The notes below the pieces were generated by a model. The model did no database searches, had not been told where the DNA came from, and worked only from the letters and a program-made list of their open reading frames with translations. A program made the translations under genes and the position numbers. Shown here one piece after another: positions 25,501 through 33,637 of a stretch of DNA of 64,000 bases (positions within the stretch are counted from its first letter, which is position 1; every line of letters starts with the position of its first letter). The DNA comes from an uncultured Verrucomicrobiota bacterium (GTDB lineage: Bacteria > Verrucomicrobiota > Verrucomicrobiia > Limisphaerales > J093), in contig CAYYMW010000001.1 of the NCBI GenBank assembly GCA_964472515.1, positions 33,528-97,527 of the forward strand, read 5' to 3'.

Positions 25501-25812
25501 GGCCTCATGGGCAACCTCGCTCACCTCCGGGACGCCATCTATCACGGCGCCGTCAAGCGTGTCCGTCCCAAGGCCATGACCGCCTGCGTCATCGTCGCCG
25601 GTCTCGCCCCCATTCTCTGGAGCCACGGCAGCGGCGCCGACGTAATGAAGCGCATTGCCACCCCGATGATTGGCGGTGTCATAACCTCCACCCTCATGGA
25701 ACTCCTCGTCTATCCTGCCATCTATTACATCTGGCGCTCCCGGACGATCCGGCATCAAACCCAACTGCCGCCAGCGGCAGCGACCGCGGCCCAACCGGAG
25801 CCGGCACATTGA
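22522..25812 (+). CDS. cusA: heavy-metal efflux RND pump, CusA-like
   Basis: 1096 aa. N-terminus 'NRFIVLLG...[38 protein letters not shown]' closely parallels E. coli CusA. 12-TM RND architecture. Confidence 0.95.
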   Translation: [1096 protein letters not shown]

Positions 25813-25840
25813 AACAACTCGACCTCAAATCCTGACTCAC

Positions 25841-26071
25841 ATGAGCATTGAAGACACCATCGGCTACCAACCGGACGTGCCGACGTGCGTGGTGTGCGGC
25901 AAGAATGTGCAGGGTGACCGGGGCTTCGCTCGCATCAACCACCACGGCACGATGCTCAATCTTTGCTGTCCGCACTGTCTGGAAACATTTCAAAGCGATC
26001 CTTCTCCCTATCTGGCGCGGCTCGTAAAAGTCGAATTCCAGGACGCGTTGAAAACGGCAGTGAAAAGCTGA
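25841..26071 (+). CDS. TRASH-type Cys4 mini-protein
   Basis: 76 aa. 'CVVCGK-x20-CCPHC' gives C-x2-C-x22-C-x3-C, matching the TRASH spacing. Starts 28 nt after the cusA stop. Confidence 0.7.
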   Translation: MSIEDTIGYQPDVPTCVVCGKNVQGDRGFARINHHGTMLNLCCPHCLETFQSDPSPYLARLVKVEFQDALKTAVKS

Positions 26072-26085
26072 GACGGCAACGAAAC

Positions 26086-26625
26086 TTAATGAGCCGACTT
26101 GTCGTCGCAGGTGCAGTCGAGGCAACCGTGTTTGCTGCACGCGCGGCAGTCGCGGGTGAGTTGTTCGCGAAGATGTTTGCGGGCGCGATGCAAGCGGACG
26201 GTGAGATTGTTTCTGGACACGCCAAGTTCGGCTGCGACCGCCGCGACATCTTTTCCGTCCAAGTCCACGCGTTGAAGCAATTCGCGGTATTGCTCCGGCA
26301 CGGCAGGCAATAACCGTCTGAAACATTGGCAGAGCAACCGCTCGTCTTGCGCGCTCGGGATTTCGGGCAATTCGCGTTGAACCTTTTCCAACGCACGGGC
26401 GCGGGCGTCATTGCGTCGGTAAAGGTCAATGATGGAACGGCGCAGAATCCGGTAGAACCACGCGACAGTGTCCTGTTCGCCGACCGGCTGGCGGGCTGAG
26501 GCCAGTGCCTTAACCAAGCTTTCCTGCACGACATCTTCCGCCAGATGCGGGTCGGCGAGCCGCTTTCTCGCGAATGCCACGAAGGTTTGCAGGTTCTTGA
26601 GGATCGCATCGGTCGCCGATTCCAT
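26086..26625 (-). CDS. CorE-like ECF sigma factor with C-terminal Cys-rich extension
   Basis: 179 aa. Sigma regions 'AEDVVQESLVKAL' and 'VSRNNLTVRLHRARKHLREQL'. Internal 'CQC' plus tail 'DCRACSKHGCLDCTCDDKSAH'. No adjacent anti-sigma gene. Divergent from copA. Confidence 0.75.
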   Translation of the reverse strand: MESATDAILKNLQTFVAFARKRLADPHLAEDVVQESLVKALASARQPVGEQDTVAWFYRILRRSIIDLYRRNDARARALEKVQRELPEIPSAQDERLLCQCFRRLLPAVPEQYRELLQRVDLDGKDVAAVAAELGVSRNNLTVRLHRARKHLREQLTRDCRACSKHGCLDCTCDDKSAH

Positions 26626-26759
26626 GGGGTTTAGTATAGCTTTCCGTCAACGAGACGGCAACGGAGTCGAGCCAGTGAAGATTTGGTGTAATGAATCCAA
26701 AGGTCGTGCGTTAGCTTGGATGAGGGCGCGAACGGAGCGTCCCCAACGAAAGACTGATT

Positions 26760-29300
26760 ATGGCAAAAGACCCAATCTGTGGCATGACGGTGGATGAATC
26801 CTCGCCGCTTCAAGCGGTGCGTGACGGACAGACGTTCTTTTTTTGCAGCGAGCATTGCCGCCAGACATTCCGCGCACAGAAACATGCGACAACATCCGCA
26901 CACGATGGCGAACTTTCTTGTTGCGATGGCGGCAGCCGCCATGAGCCAGAGCACGCTCACGAGAAAGAGGGACACTCTTGCTGCCACGGCAAGTCTGGCG
27001 ACCCGCACGCGATTCATCATCACCACCATCACGGCCACAAACACCCAGCGGTGACGCCCTCCGCCGCCGCGAAATACTTCTGCCCCATGTGCCCTGGCGT
27101 CGAGTCGGACCAGCCGGGCGATTGTCCGAAATGCGGCATGGCGTTGGAACGCAACCCCGCGTGGAAACCCGCGCCGAAAACCATCTACACCTGTCCCATG
27201 CACCCGGAGATCGAGCAGGATCATCCCGGCGATTGCCCCAAGTGCGGCATGGCGCTTGAGCCAAAAACCGTCGCCGCCGAGAGCGACGCGGAGGAGGACA
27301 ATGCCGAGTTGCGCGGTATGACCCGCCGTTTCTGGATCGGCACGGCGTTGACCTTGCCCGTGTTCATCGTGGCGATGGCGCATCTCATTCCCGCGTGGAG
27401 CCACGCCGAATGGTTGAGCGGCGAGATTTCGCGCTGGGGACAATTCATTCTCAGCACGCCAGTCGTCTTGTGGGCAGGCTGGCCGTTCTTCGTGCGCGGC
27501 GGACGTTCGCTCGTGAACCGCAGTTTGAACATGTTCACGCTCATCGCGCTCGGTGTCGGCGCGGCCTACGCCTTCAGTGCCGTGGCCATGTTCTTCCCGC
27601 AGGCATTTCCGCCCGCAGCGGGCCACAGCGGCAAACCGGCAATCTATTTTGAAGCGGCTGCCGTCATTACAGTGCTGGTGTTGCTCGGTCAGGTGCTGGA
27701 ACTCCGCGCCCGCCAGCGCACCAGCGGCGCGATCAAAGCCTTGCTCGGCCTCGCGCCAAAAACCGCCCGGCGCGTCACCGCAAACGGCGACGAGGACGTT
27801 CCGCTCGATGCCGTGCATCCGGGTGACTTGCTGCGAGTGCGTCCCGGTGAAAAAGTTCCCGTGGACGGTGAAGTAGTCGAAGGCCGCACGTCCGTTGATG
27901 AATCCATGCTCACTGGCGAACCATTGCCGGTGGAAAAGACCGTTGGCGCAAAAGTCTCCGGCGGCACGGTGAACACAACCGGCGGCATCGTCATGCGCGC
28001 TGAACGTGTCGGCAGAGAAACGATGCTCGCGCAAATCGTGAACCTCGTCGCCCAGTCTCAACGCAGCCGCGCGCCGATTCAAGCGCTGGCGGACAAGGTT
28101 GCCGGTTGGTTTGTTCCGACCGTGCTGGCGATTGCCGCGCTCACTTTCTTCGCGTGGTTCGTTTTTGGGCCAGAGCCGCGACTCGCCTTCGCCATCACCA
28201 ATGCCGTCGCCGTCCTCATCATCGCGTGTCCGTGTGCGCTCGGACTCGCCACGCCGATGAGTGTGATGGTCGGCATCGGTCGCGGCGCACAAATGGGTGT
28301 GCTGATTCGCAACGCCGAGGCTATCGAAAAGCTGGCTCTACTGGACACTCTCGCCGTGGACAAAACGGGCACACTGACCGAGGGCAAACCCAAACTGGCG
28401 CAGGTGTTGCCCGTTGGCGGGATTGATGAGCAGGAATTACTGCGTCTCACCGCTTCGCTCGAACAAGGCAGCGAACATCCGTTGGCTCACGCTGTCGTCA
28501 TGGCTGCTCGCGAAAAAGAACTTCCGCTCGAAGCCGCGAAGGATTTTCAGTCCACCACCGCAGGCGGCGTGGCGGGCACTATTACAGGCCGCAGAGTGCT
28601 GGTTGGCAAACCCGACTTCCTGCGCGAGAACGGAGTCACCGACATCTCAGCGCTCGAATCGCTCGCCGCTCCCCACCAGGCCGAAGGCGCGACGGCCATC
28701 TTTGTCGCCGTTGATGGCCGCGCCGCCGGAGTTTTGACCGTGGCCGACCCGGTGAAAGCCACCACTTCGCAGGCGCTTGCCGAATTGCATGAGCTTGGCG
28801 TGAATGTCCTGATGCTCACCGGCGACAATCCGCGCACCGCCGAAGCCGTTGCGCGCAAGCTCGGCATTGCTGATTTTCAAGCGGGCGTCACTCCGCACGA
28901 CAAACACGAGAAAGTCAAAACGCTCAAGGCAGCGGGCCGGATCGTCGGCATGGCTGGCGATGGCATCAATGACGCGCCCGCCCTGGCCGCCGCCGATGTG
29001 GGCATTGCGATGGGCACGGGCACGGACATCGCGATGGAGAGCGCCGGTGTCACGCTCGTCAAAGGCGACCTGCGCGGCATCGTGCGAGCGATCAAGCTTG
29101 GCCGCGCCATGATGGGCAACATCCGGCAAAACCTTTTCTTCGCGTTCGTCTATAATGCGCTGGGGGTTCCCGTCGCGGCGGGCTTGCTCTATCCGTTCTT
29201 CGGCCTGCTGCTCAGTCCCATCATCGCGGGCGCTGCCATGAGCTTGAGTTCGGTTTCTGTAATCAGCAATGCTCTGCGCCTACGCCATACGCGGTTGTGA
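26760..29300 (+). CDS. copA: Cu(I)-translocating P1B-type ATPase
   Basis: 846 aa. N-terminal TRASH/YHS 'DPICGMTV...FFFCSEHC', a His-rich stretch and two HMBD modules. '[10 protein letters not shown]', 'DKTGTLT', 'GDGINDAP', TM 'YN' and 'MSLSS' point to the P1B-1 class. Confidence 0.95.
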   Translation: MAKDPICGMTVDESSPLQAVRDGQTFFFCSEHCRQTFRAQKHATTSAHDGELSCCDGGSRHEPEHAHEKEGHSCCHGKSGDPHAIHHHHHHGHKHPAVTPSAAAKYFCPMCPGVESDQPGDCPKCGMALERNPAWKPAPKTIYTCPMHPEIEQDHPGDCPKCGMALEPKTVAAESDAEEDNAELRGMTRRFWIGTALTLPVFIVAMAHLIPAWSHAEWLSGEISRWGQFILSTPVVLWAGWPFFVRGGRSLVNRSLNMFTLIALGVGAAYAFSAVAMFFPQAFPPAAGHSGKPAIYFEAAAVITVLVLLGQVLELRARQRTSGAIKALLGLAPKTARRVTANGDEDVPLDAVHPGDLLRVRPGEKVPVDGEVVEGRTSVDESMLTGEPLPVEKTVGAKVSGGTVNTTGGIVMRAERVGRETMLAQIVNLVAQSQRSRAPIQALADKVAGWFVPTVLAIAALTFFAWFVFGPEPRLAFAITNAVAVLIIACPCALGLATPMSVMVGIGRGAQMGVLIRNAEAIEKLALLDTLAVDKTGTLTEGKPKLAQVLPVGGIDEQELLRLTASLEQGSEHPLAHAVVMAAREKELPLEAAKDFQSTTAGGVAGTITGRRVLVGKPDFLRENGVTDISALESLAAPHQAEGATAIFVAVDGRAAGVLTVADPVKATTSQALAELHELGVNVLMLTGDNPRTAEAVARKLGIADFQAGVTPHDKHEKVKTLKAAGRIVGMAGDGINDAPALAAADVGIAMGTGTDIAMESAGVTLVKGDLRGIVRAIKLGRAMMGNIRQNLFFAFVYNALGVPVAAGLLYPFFGLLLSPIIAGAAMSLSSVSVISNALRLRHTRL

Positions 29301-29335
29301 AATGAAACCCGGTAGAACTTAACGTAAATGACCTG

Positions 29336-29834
29336 TTGCAAAAGCCCGGATACGCTCATGCTCTGTTGAACCACCTGCCCATCATCGGGCTGGCGGTCGC
29401 CGGGTCGGCGCTCGTCGTTGCGCTCGCCTCCAGGAACCGCGGGACGGTATTGGGCAGCTTGATGCTCGTGGCGGTGATGGCAACCTCGGTCTGGCCGGTG
29501 ATCAAGTCCGGCGAGTCCGCCTACAACCGCATTCGCGCCATCTCGGACTCCGAGGGCGCGTCGCTCTTGAAACCGCACATGCTCATCGCAGATCGCTGGG
29601 CGTGGCTTTACTACCTCGTGGCCCCTGGCTGCGGCCGTGGCCCCTCTGGCGGTATGGAAGCGTCCTGAGAAACTGCGGTGGTTTGGAATTCCCGTTGCCT
29701 TGCTGGCCGCGGCCAACCTGATGGCGGGCGGGGTCGTGGCCAAACTGGGCGGCGAAGTCCGGCACCCGGCATTCCGCCTCGGCTCGACGCTTGTGCCTCC
29801 AGATCTGCCGACGAACCACGACCATGAGCCATGA
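29336..29834 (+). pseudogene. family-B membrane protein interrupted by an apparent +1 frameshift
   Basis: ORFs 29336-29668 and 29637-29834 together align to all of 18454-18954. Removing one C from the CCCC run at 29622-29625 restores the frame, giving 13 residues between 'YY' and 'WK' in both paralogs. Confidence 0.55.
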
Positions 29835-30148
29835 GCATGAGCACGCGCACTGAAACTACTGCGCCACACTGCTCAGTTATGTCAAAACAACCTGCCAACC
29901 AACCCGGGAGCAGACCGCTCCCGCTGCTGGCCGTCGGATTCTTCATCGGTGGCCTGATTACCAGCACCATCGTGACGCTCGAAATCGTTCCCGCCATATA
30001 TTCCCTCTGGCGCGGGCGGCAGGTGGAATGGGTGAAAGGCCCAAAACCCCCTCACAAGAAGTGGGAGGATTTGAGCATGCAATTCATGGAGTGGGAGAAA
30101 CAGGCGTACAAGGAGTCCTTGCCGGCTCAAGCCGAGTCAAGGTCCTGA
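29831..30148 (+). pseudogene. CusA C-terminal (TM12-like) relic or small derived membrane protein
   Basis: 'AVGFFIGGLITSTIVTLEIVPAIYSLWRGR' parallels the CusA end '[27 protein letters not shown]' at 25660-25750. The ORF is only 105 aa. ATGA overlap with the preceding ORF. Confidence 0.45.
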
Positions 30149-30194
30149 GCGGGTGATCGGCGCAGGCGCTTGCCTCAATCTCGGCCAAAAAGTT

Positions 30195-30222
30195 TGCGGG
30201 GAAACACCCGCTGCGGTGTAGG
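30195..30222 (+). promoter_or_regulatory. degenerate ECF-type promoter copy J (TGCGGGGAAAC-N11-TGTAGG)
   Basis: Same spacing as the other copies. Spacer ACCCGCTGCGG matches the copy C spacer CCCCGCTGCGG at 10 of 11 positions. Lies 66 nt upstream of ATG 30288. Confidence 0.3.
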
Positions 30223-30287
30223 CAGTAACGAAGGCGGCCACGGCGGCTGCCAGTGAAACCAGAAAACAAATTGAAAGAGACCATCGT

Positions 30288-30740
30288 ATGAAGAGCATCA
30301 AGAACATTGGCAACTACCTGACCCGTGGAACACTCATCGTGGCCGTGGCCGGCCTCACCCTCCTGGCCAACAGCGCTGTGGCCCAAGAGAAAGGCGGCGA
30401 GCGCATGATGAAGCTGCTCCGCCTCAATACTGCGGCGGACGTGCAGAAGGTGGAAGCGGGCGACACCATCGTCATGTCCTGCCCGAAGTGCAAGGACACC
30501 TGGGTGAAAGTTGTTCAGCCGATGGGCAAAGGCGGGCGGCAGGAGACGGCGAACATCCAACGACACGAATGCCCTGGCTGCGACACGAAGATTGTGACCG
30601 AAGGCGTGGGCAAGCAGGCCAAGAGCGTGGTAAAGCACACCTGCAAGCAGTGCGGCAGCGAGGACATGTCCTGCTGTGTGATGAAGAAAGGTGCTGGCCC
30701 GACCCCAGGCATGGACGAGCACAAAGGGCATCAACATTGA
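30288..30740 (+). CDS. secreted 8-Cys (3x CxxC + CC) protein, family A
   Basis: 150 aa with a signal peptide. 'MSCPKCKD', 'RHECPGCDT' and 'KHTCKQCGSEDMSCC'. His-rich end 'DEHKGHQH'. Confidence 0.65.
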   Translation: MKSIKNIGNYLTRGTLIVAVAGLTLLANSAVAQEKGGERMMKLLRLNTAADVQKVEAGDTIVMSCPKCKDTWVKVVQPMGKGGRQETANIQRHECPGCDTKIVTEGVGKQAKSVVKHTCKQCGSEDMSCCVMKKGAGPTPGMDEHKGHQH

Positions 30741-30761
30741 CAGCGTGATCTCCCCAGCGTT

Positions 30762-30790
30762 TTGGACATCAAACCAATCCATGATAGTGT
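30762..30790 (+). promoter_or_regulatory. possible sigma-70-type promoter (TTGGAC-17-TAGTGT, TG-extended)
   Basis: AT-rich 62-nt gap before ATG 30803. Hexamers read by eye only. Confidence 0.25.
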
Positions 30791-30802
30791 ACACGCATTC
30801 TT

Positions 30803-31816
30803 ATGCACATACAGCAATCTCGGTCCAGTATGAGTGCAGGCACAACTCACTTCCGGCCAGCGATGGCGACGCTGTTGCTCGCTCTGGCCTTCACGATATC
30901 GGCGCACGGCCAGAACTGGATGACGAATGGTCTGGTCGCCCACTACCCCATGCATGGCGATGCCACTGATGTCAGCGGCCATGGGATGCACGGGAGGATC
31001 ATGGGGACGCCGATGATGGTCACCAACCGGTTTGGAGAGCCAGGCCACGGCATCGCTTTCGCCGGGGGCATGGACGCGATCATGCTCACCAACCTGAACG
31101 TGAACATGGTCACGAACAGTCAGAACACCGTCTGTCTCTGGATGCGCTGGGACGGTGGGGTCAACGGAAGCACGAATCCTGTTGCCATGCCGTTTGGCTG
31201 GGGGAACACAAATCAGAATTATTGTTTGCTCTTCCAGCAGGAAGGCAACGGCCGATTTGGATTCAGCGGGGGCATGGCCGATGTCTATGGCACGGATTAC
31301 GGCCCGATGCTCTCGAACCACTGGGTTCAGGTGGCGGCAGTTTTCAACAACGGGAACATGATGAACTCCGGGCTTTACATCAATGGGCAGCGGATGACGG
31401 GTTCGATGACGGTCGGCGGGATGCCGATGGGCATGGGGATGATGGTGCAGCGGAGCGCACATCCGATGGCGTTCCTCGGGGGATTCGGCGGGCAGGGATC
31501 TGTCCCGTATCAGTTCTTCGGGGCAATGAGCGACGTTCGCATCTACAACCGGGCGCTTACCGCCGAAGAAATCACGGCGCTATTTGGGATGGAAGCCGCT
31601 CCCTCCCTCCGGATGATGGCAGGAAGCACGGCAGGCACTGCAAATCTGGAGTTCAGTTCGATGATGATGGGTTGGCAATTCCAGATGCAGTCCTCCAGCG
31701 ATCTGACCCACTGGACGAACTATTCCGATATGTTCATGCCCACTCCAGGCACGATGGTTCGCACGGTCAATTCAGGAGGGCCACACATGTTCTGGCGGTT
31801 GCAGGCCAGCCCATGA
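30803..31816 (+). CDS. secreted Met-rich LamG/concanavalin-like lectin-fold protein
   Basis: 337 aa with a signal peptide. LamG-type 'MSDVRIYNRALTAEEI'. By my count 38 Met (~11%), in clusters such as 'GGMPMGMGMMV' and 'HGMHGRIMGTPMM'. C-terminal beta domain ends 'MFWRLQASP'. Confidence 0.7.
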   Translation: MHIQQSRSSMSAGTTHFRPAMATLLLALAFTISAHGQNWMTNGLVAHYPMHGDATDVSGHGMHGRIMGTPMMVTNRFGEPGHGIAFAGGMDAIMLTNLNVNMVTNSQNTVCLWMRWDGGVNGSTNPVAMPFGWGNTNQNYCLLFQQEGNGRFGFSGGMADVYGTDYGPMLSNHWVQVAAVFNNGNMMNSGLYINGQRMTGSMTVGGMPMGMGMMVQRSAHPMAFLGGFGGQGSVPYQFFGAMSDVRIYNRALTAEEITALFGMEAAPSLRMMAGSTAGTANLEFSSMMMGWQFQMQSSSDLTHWTNYSDMFMPTPGTMVRTVNSGGPHMFWRLQASP

Positions 31817-31881
31817 ACCAGAACTGATCCTGCCCTGGTGTTCACTCTACCCTGACGATCCGGGCATCGCTTCGCACCAAG

Positions 31882-33519
31882 ATGAAGACAAACCGCAGAC
31901 AATTCATTGGGCGCACAGCGCAAGGCGCGGCGATGGTCGCGGCGGGGATGCAGTTCCTGCCGCTTACCCGGTTGCGGGCGCAATCCGTGCGTTCGGGCAA
32001 TCCGTTGCGATTCCCCGCTGACTGGGCTGGCGGCTCGTTGACCGTGGCCCGCGCCAATCTCGCCATCTGGCCCGGCTATTCCACGGCGGTATCTGCCATC
32101 AACGGGGGAGTCCCCGGCCCGACGATTCGCGTCCGACGCGGCGAGGAGTTTGCGGCGCGCGTCCAAAACAACCTGGGCGAACCCTTGGTGCTCCATTGGC
32201 ACGGAGTGTTAGCCCCGGAACGGATGGACGGTCACCCGCGCGACCAAGTCGCCGCTGGGCAAAGCTACGAAGTCCAATTTCCCGTCCGCCAGCGCGCCAG
32301 CACTTGCTGGTATCACGCGCACACGGACCAACTGACGGCAGAGCAGGCTTACGCGGGTGTGGCCGGTTTCTTCATCATCGAAGACCCGGCGGAAGTGGCC
32401 TTTGGTTTGCCTTCGGGCAGCCATGATGTGCCGCTCGTGTTCATGGACAAGCGGGTCAGCGCCTCTCGTCAACTGGTCTATGCGCCGTCCATGATGGACG
32501 TGATGAGCGGCTATCTGGGAGACGTGATGCTCGTTAACGGCACGCCTGACCCTTGGCTGTCAGTTGACCGCGGCCTCTACCGGCTCCGGCTGTTGAACGG
32601 CTCGAACGCCCGCATCTACAAAGTGGCGCTGAGCGATGGCCGACCGTTTCACCTCATTGCTACGGATGGCGGCCTGCTGGCCGCTCCCGTGTCCGTAACT
32701 TCGGTAATGCTCGCGCCCGGACAGCGTTTGGAAGTCCTCGTGGATTTCTCGGTTTACGCGGTTGGTGCGTCGGTTGTGCTGAAGAGCCTCAGCTTCCCTG
32801 GTGGCGGAGGCATGATGGGTGGTCCGCAGCAGGGGACGGAGATGGACTTGTTGCGCTTCTACGTGGATAGCGCCGCGACCGGCAATGCAACCGTTCCGGC
32901 GACGCTGCAACCGTTCACGCCCCTCAACCCGGCACAAGCCCGCCGCACGCGTGTCTTCACGCTGGCCATGTCCGGCATGGTTCACACCATCAACGGGCAG
33001 CTTTTCAACATGCAGCGGACCGACTTCAGCGTTCCGTTCGGTGACGTAGAGATTTGGGAATACCGGAACACCGGCACTGAGCCCCATCCGATGCACGCGC
33101 ACGCGGCGCTTTGCCAAGTGTTGAGCCGCAGCAGCGCGGCGACGCTGCCGCCCGAAGATGCCGGCTGGAAAGATACTGTGCTGGTGAATCCGAGCGAGAC
33201 GGTGCGCGTCCTGACGCGCTTCGACACCCATTCCGGATTGTTCGTGCATCATTGCCACAACCTCGAACACGAAGACTCGGGGATGATGCAGAACTTTGAG
33301 GTGCTCCCTCCGCCCACGCTCGCCGTCCAACGCGACGGAACAAGTGTGACCCTCTCGTGGCCGGAAGCGGAACAAGGTTGGCGATTGGAATCGTCCGCTG
33401 AGACGAGTGGCGCGGCTTGGGATTTGGTGGCCCAGAACCCCACCCTGGTCGGCGGTCGCTGGACGGTGACAGTCAGCGAGACAACGGGCCGGCGTTTTTA
33501 TCGGCTGGTCAAGCCATGA
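31882..33519 (+). CDS. multicopper oxidase (CueO/PcoA-like), Tat-exported
   Basis: 545 aa with Tat motif 'NRRQFIG'. Copper-site motifs 'HWHG', 'WYHAH', 'HPMHAH' and 'HCHNLEHEDSGMM'. An extra C-terminal ~65-aa domain ends 'RFYRLVKP'. Confidence 0.9.
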   Translation: MKTNRRQFIGRTAQGAAMVAAGMQFLPLTRLRAQSVRSGNPLRFPADWAGGSLTVARANLAIWPGYSTAVSAINGGVPGPTIRVRRGEEFAARVQNNLGEPLVLHWHGVLAPERMDGHPRDQVAAGQSYEVQFPVRQRASTCWYHAHTDQLTAEQAYAGVAGFFIIEDPAEVAFGLPSGSHDVPLVFMDKRVSASRQLVYAPSMMDVMSGYLGDVMLVNGTPDPWLSVDRGLYRLRLLNGSNARIYKVALSDGRPFHLIATDGGLLAAPVSVTSVMLAPGQRLEVLVDFSVYAVGASVVLKSLSFPGGGGMMGGPQQGTEMDLLRFYVDSAATGNATVPATLQPFTPLNPAQARRTRVFTLAMSGMVHTINGQLFNMQRTDFSVPFGDVEIWEYRNTGTEPHPMHAHAALCQVLSRSSAATLPPEDAGWKDTVLVNPSETVRVLTRFDTHSGLFVHHCHNLEHEDSGMMQNFEVLPPPTLAVQRDGTSVTLSWPEAEQGWRLESSAETSGAAWDLVAQNPTLVGGRWTVTVSETTGRRFYRLVKP

Positions 33520-33637
33520 AGTCGGCGGGACTCGTGGAGCGTTGATTCAAACCTGTTTGGAGTCGAGAAAACCGTTCAGAACCTTGGATTTGCGAATAAA
33601 GTTTGCACGATTCCCGCCGTGGTGTAGTCTATCCGCC

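Noticed and set aside
20557-25809. Very long minus-strand ORFs (553, 591 and 500 aa) antisense to cusB and cusA. Similar cases are 26631-28292, 34157-35575, 15170-16258, 18118-18798 and 61153-62226.
   Set aside because: Their translations are Arg/Gly/His/Asp-rich and low-complexity, without motifs. The plus-strand products have strong family signatures. These are typical shadow ORFs in high-GC DNA.
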